A DNA stretch of 16,857 nucleotides from Candidatus Methylomirabilis sp. (GTDB lineage: Bacteria; Methylomirabilota; Methylomirabilia; Methylomirabilales; Methylomirabilaceae): positions 1 through 16,857 of the forward strand of contig JBGQJI010000044.1 in the NCBI GenBank assembly GCA_041498975.1, in the 5' to 3' direction. Under the pieces are notes generated by a model. It worked only from the letters and a program-made list of their open reading frames with translations. It made no database searches and was not told the origin of the DNA. The first letter of the stretch is position 1, and every line of letters begins with the position of its first letter. This document shows, piece after piece, positions 16,533-16,857 of the stretch. Made by a program: the position numbers and the translations under genes.

Positions 16533-16588
16533 AAAAATGACAAATTGATGCGTTTGCTATAGCGTGGGCAGGTGGTCGTGGTGAGGCG

Positions 16589-16857
16589 CTAGACTTCTGT
16601 GCAAAGGTTCTTGAATTGCTCGTCCGTGAGCTGATCGAGGATGGTGAGGTCGATGTCGTTAGACGCGCGGCCCGGGTATTTGTTTGTGATCGTGATCCCG
16701 AAGAGCCCTTCGAGCTTCTCCGTCTTGACCATGGTGATCGCGTTCCACGCATCTCTTGCGCAGGCCTGGGCGCATTTGTCGCAACTGATGCATTCATCGA
16801 AGCGGATCTGGACAGGCGGCACATATCCGTGGACGCTGCGGTCGTACCCCTTCGCGG
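16589..16857 (-). CDS. 4Fe-4S ferredoxin-domain protein, 5'-truncated by window edge
   Basis: Frame stays open to the window end (AKGYDRSVHGYVPPVQIRFDECISCDKCAQACARDAW...); CxxCxxCxxxC motif. Confidence 0.8.
   Translation of the reverse strand, partial: AKGYDRSVHGYVPPVQIRFDECISCDKCAQACARDAWNAITMVKTEKLEGLFGITITNKYPGRASNDIDLTILDQLTDEQFKNLCTEV

Overview
GC-rich bacterial chromosomal window made up mostly of housekeeping and accessory metabolic genes; no transposase, integrase, CRISPR, rRNA or tRNA is recognisable. On the + strand: a 5'-truncated multi-PAS hybrid histidine kinase; a likely operon of a 60-aa Zn-ribbon-like protein, a CYTH/CyaB protein and an aldo/keto reductase; an Rrf2 regulator followed by a complete sulfate ABC transporter (sbp-cysT-cysW-cysA); a 102-aa CPCC protein; nitroreductase; Tat-exported dienelactone hydrolase; squalene synthase-like enzyme; acylphosphatase. 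Then a minus-strand Phd/YefM-RelE toxin-antitoxin pair and rhodanese, a plus-strand YktB(DUF1054)-TatD pair, and a minus-strand TPMT-like methyltransferase and partial ferredoxin-domain gene. Most notable: (1) the Rrf2 regulator and the sulfate-transport ATPase CysA both end in -YSI, resembling the C-terminal Ile peptides that dock into cysteine synthase CysK, which suggests a CysK-centred control of both transcription and transport (inference, untested); (2) a shared candidate operator and two mini-ORFs in the sulfate operon; (3) two families of intergenic palindromic repeats, one with a nested sub-module and conserved flanks.
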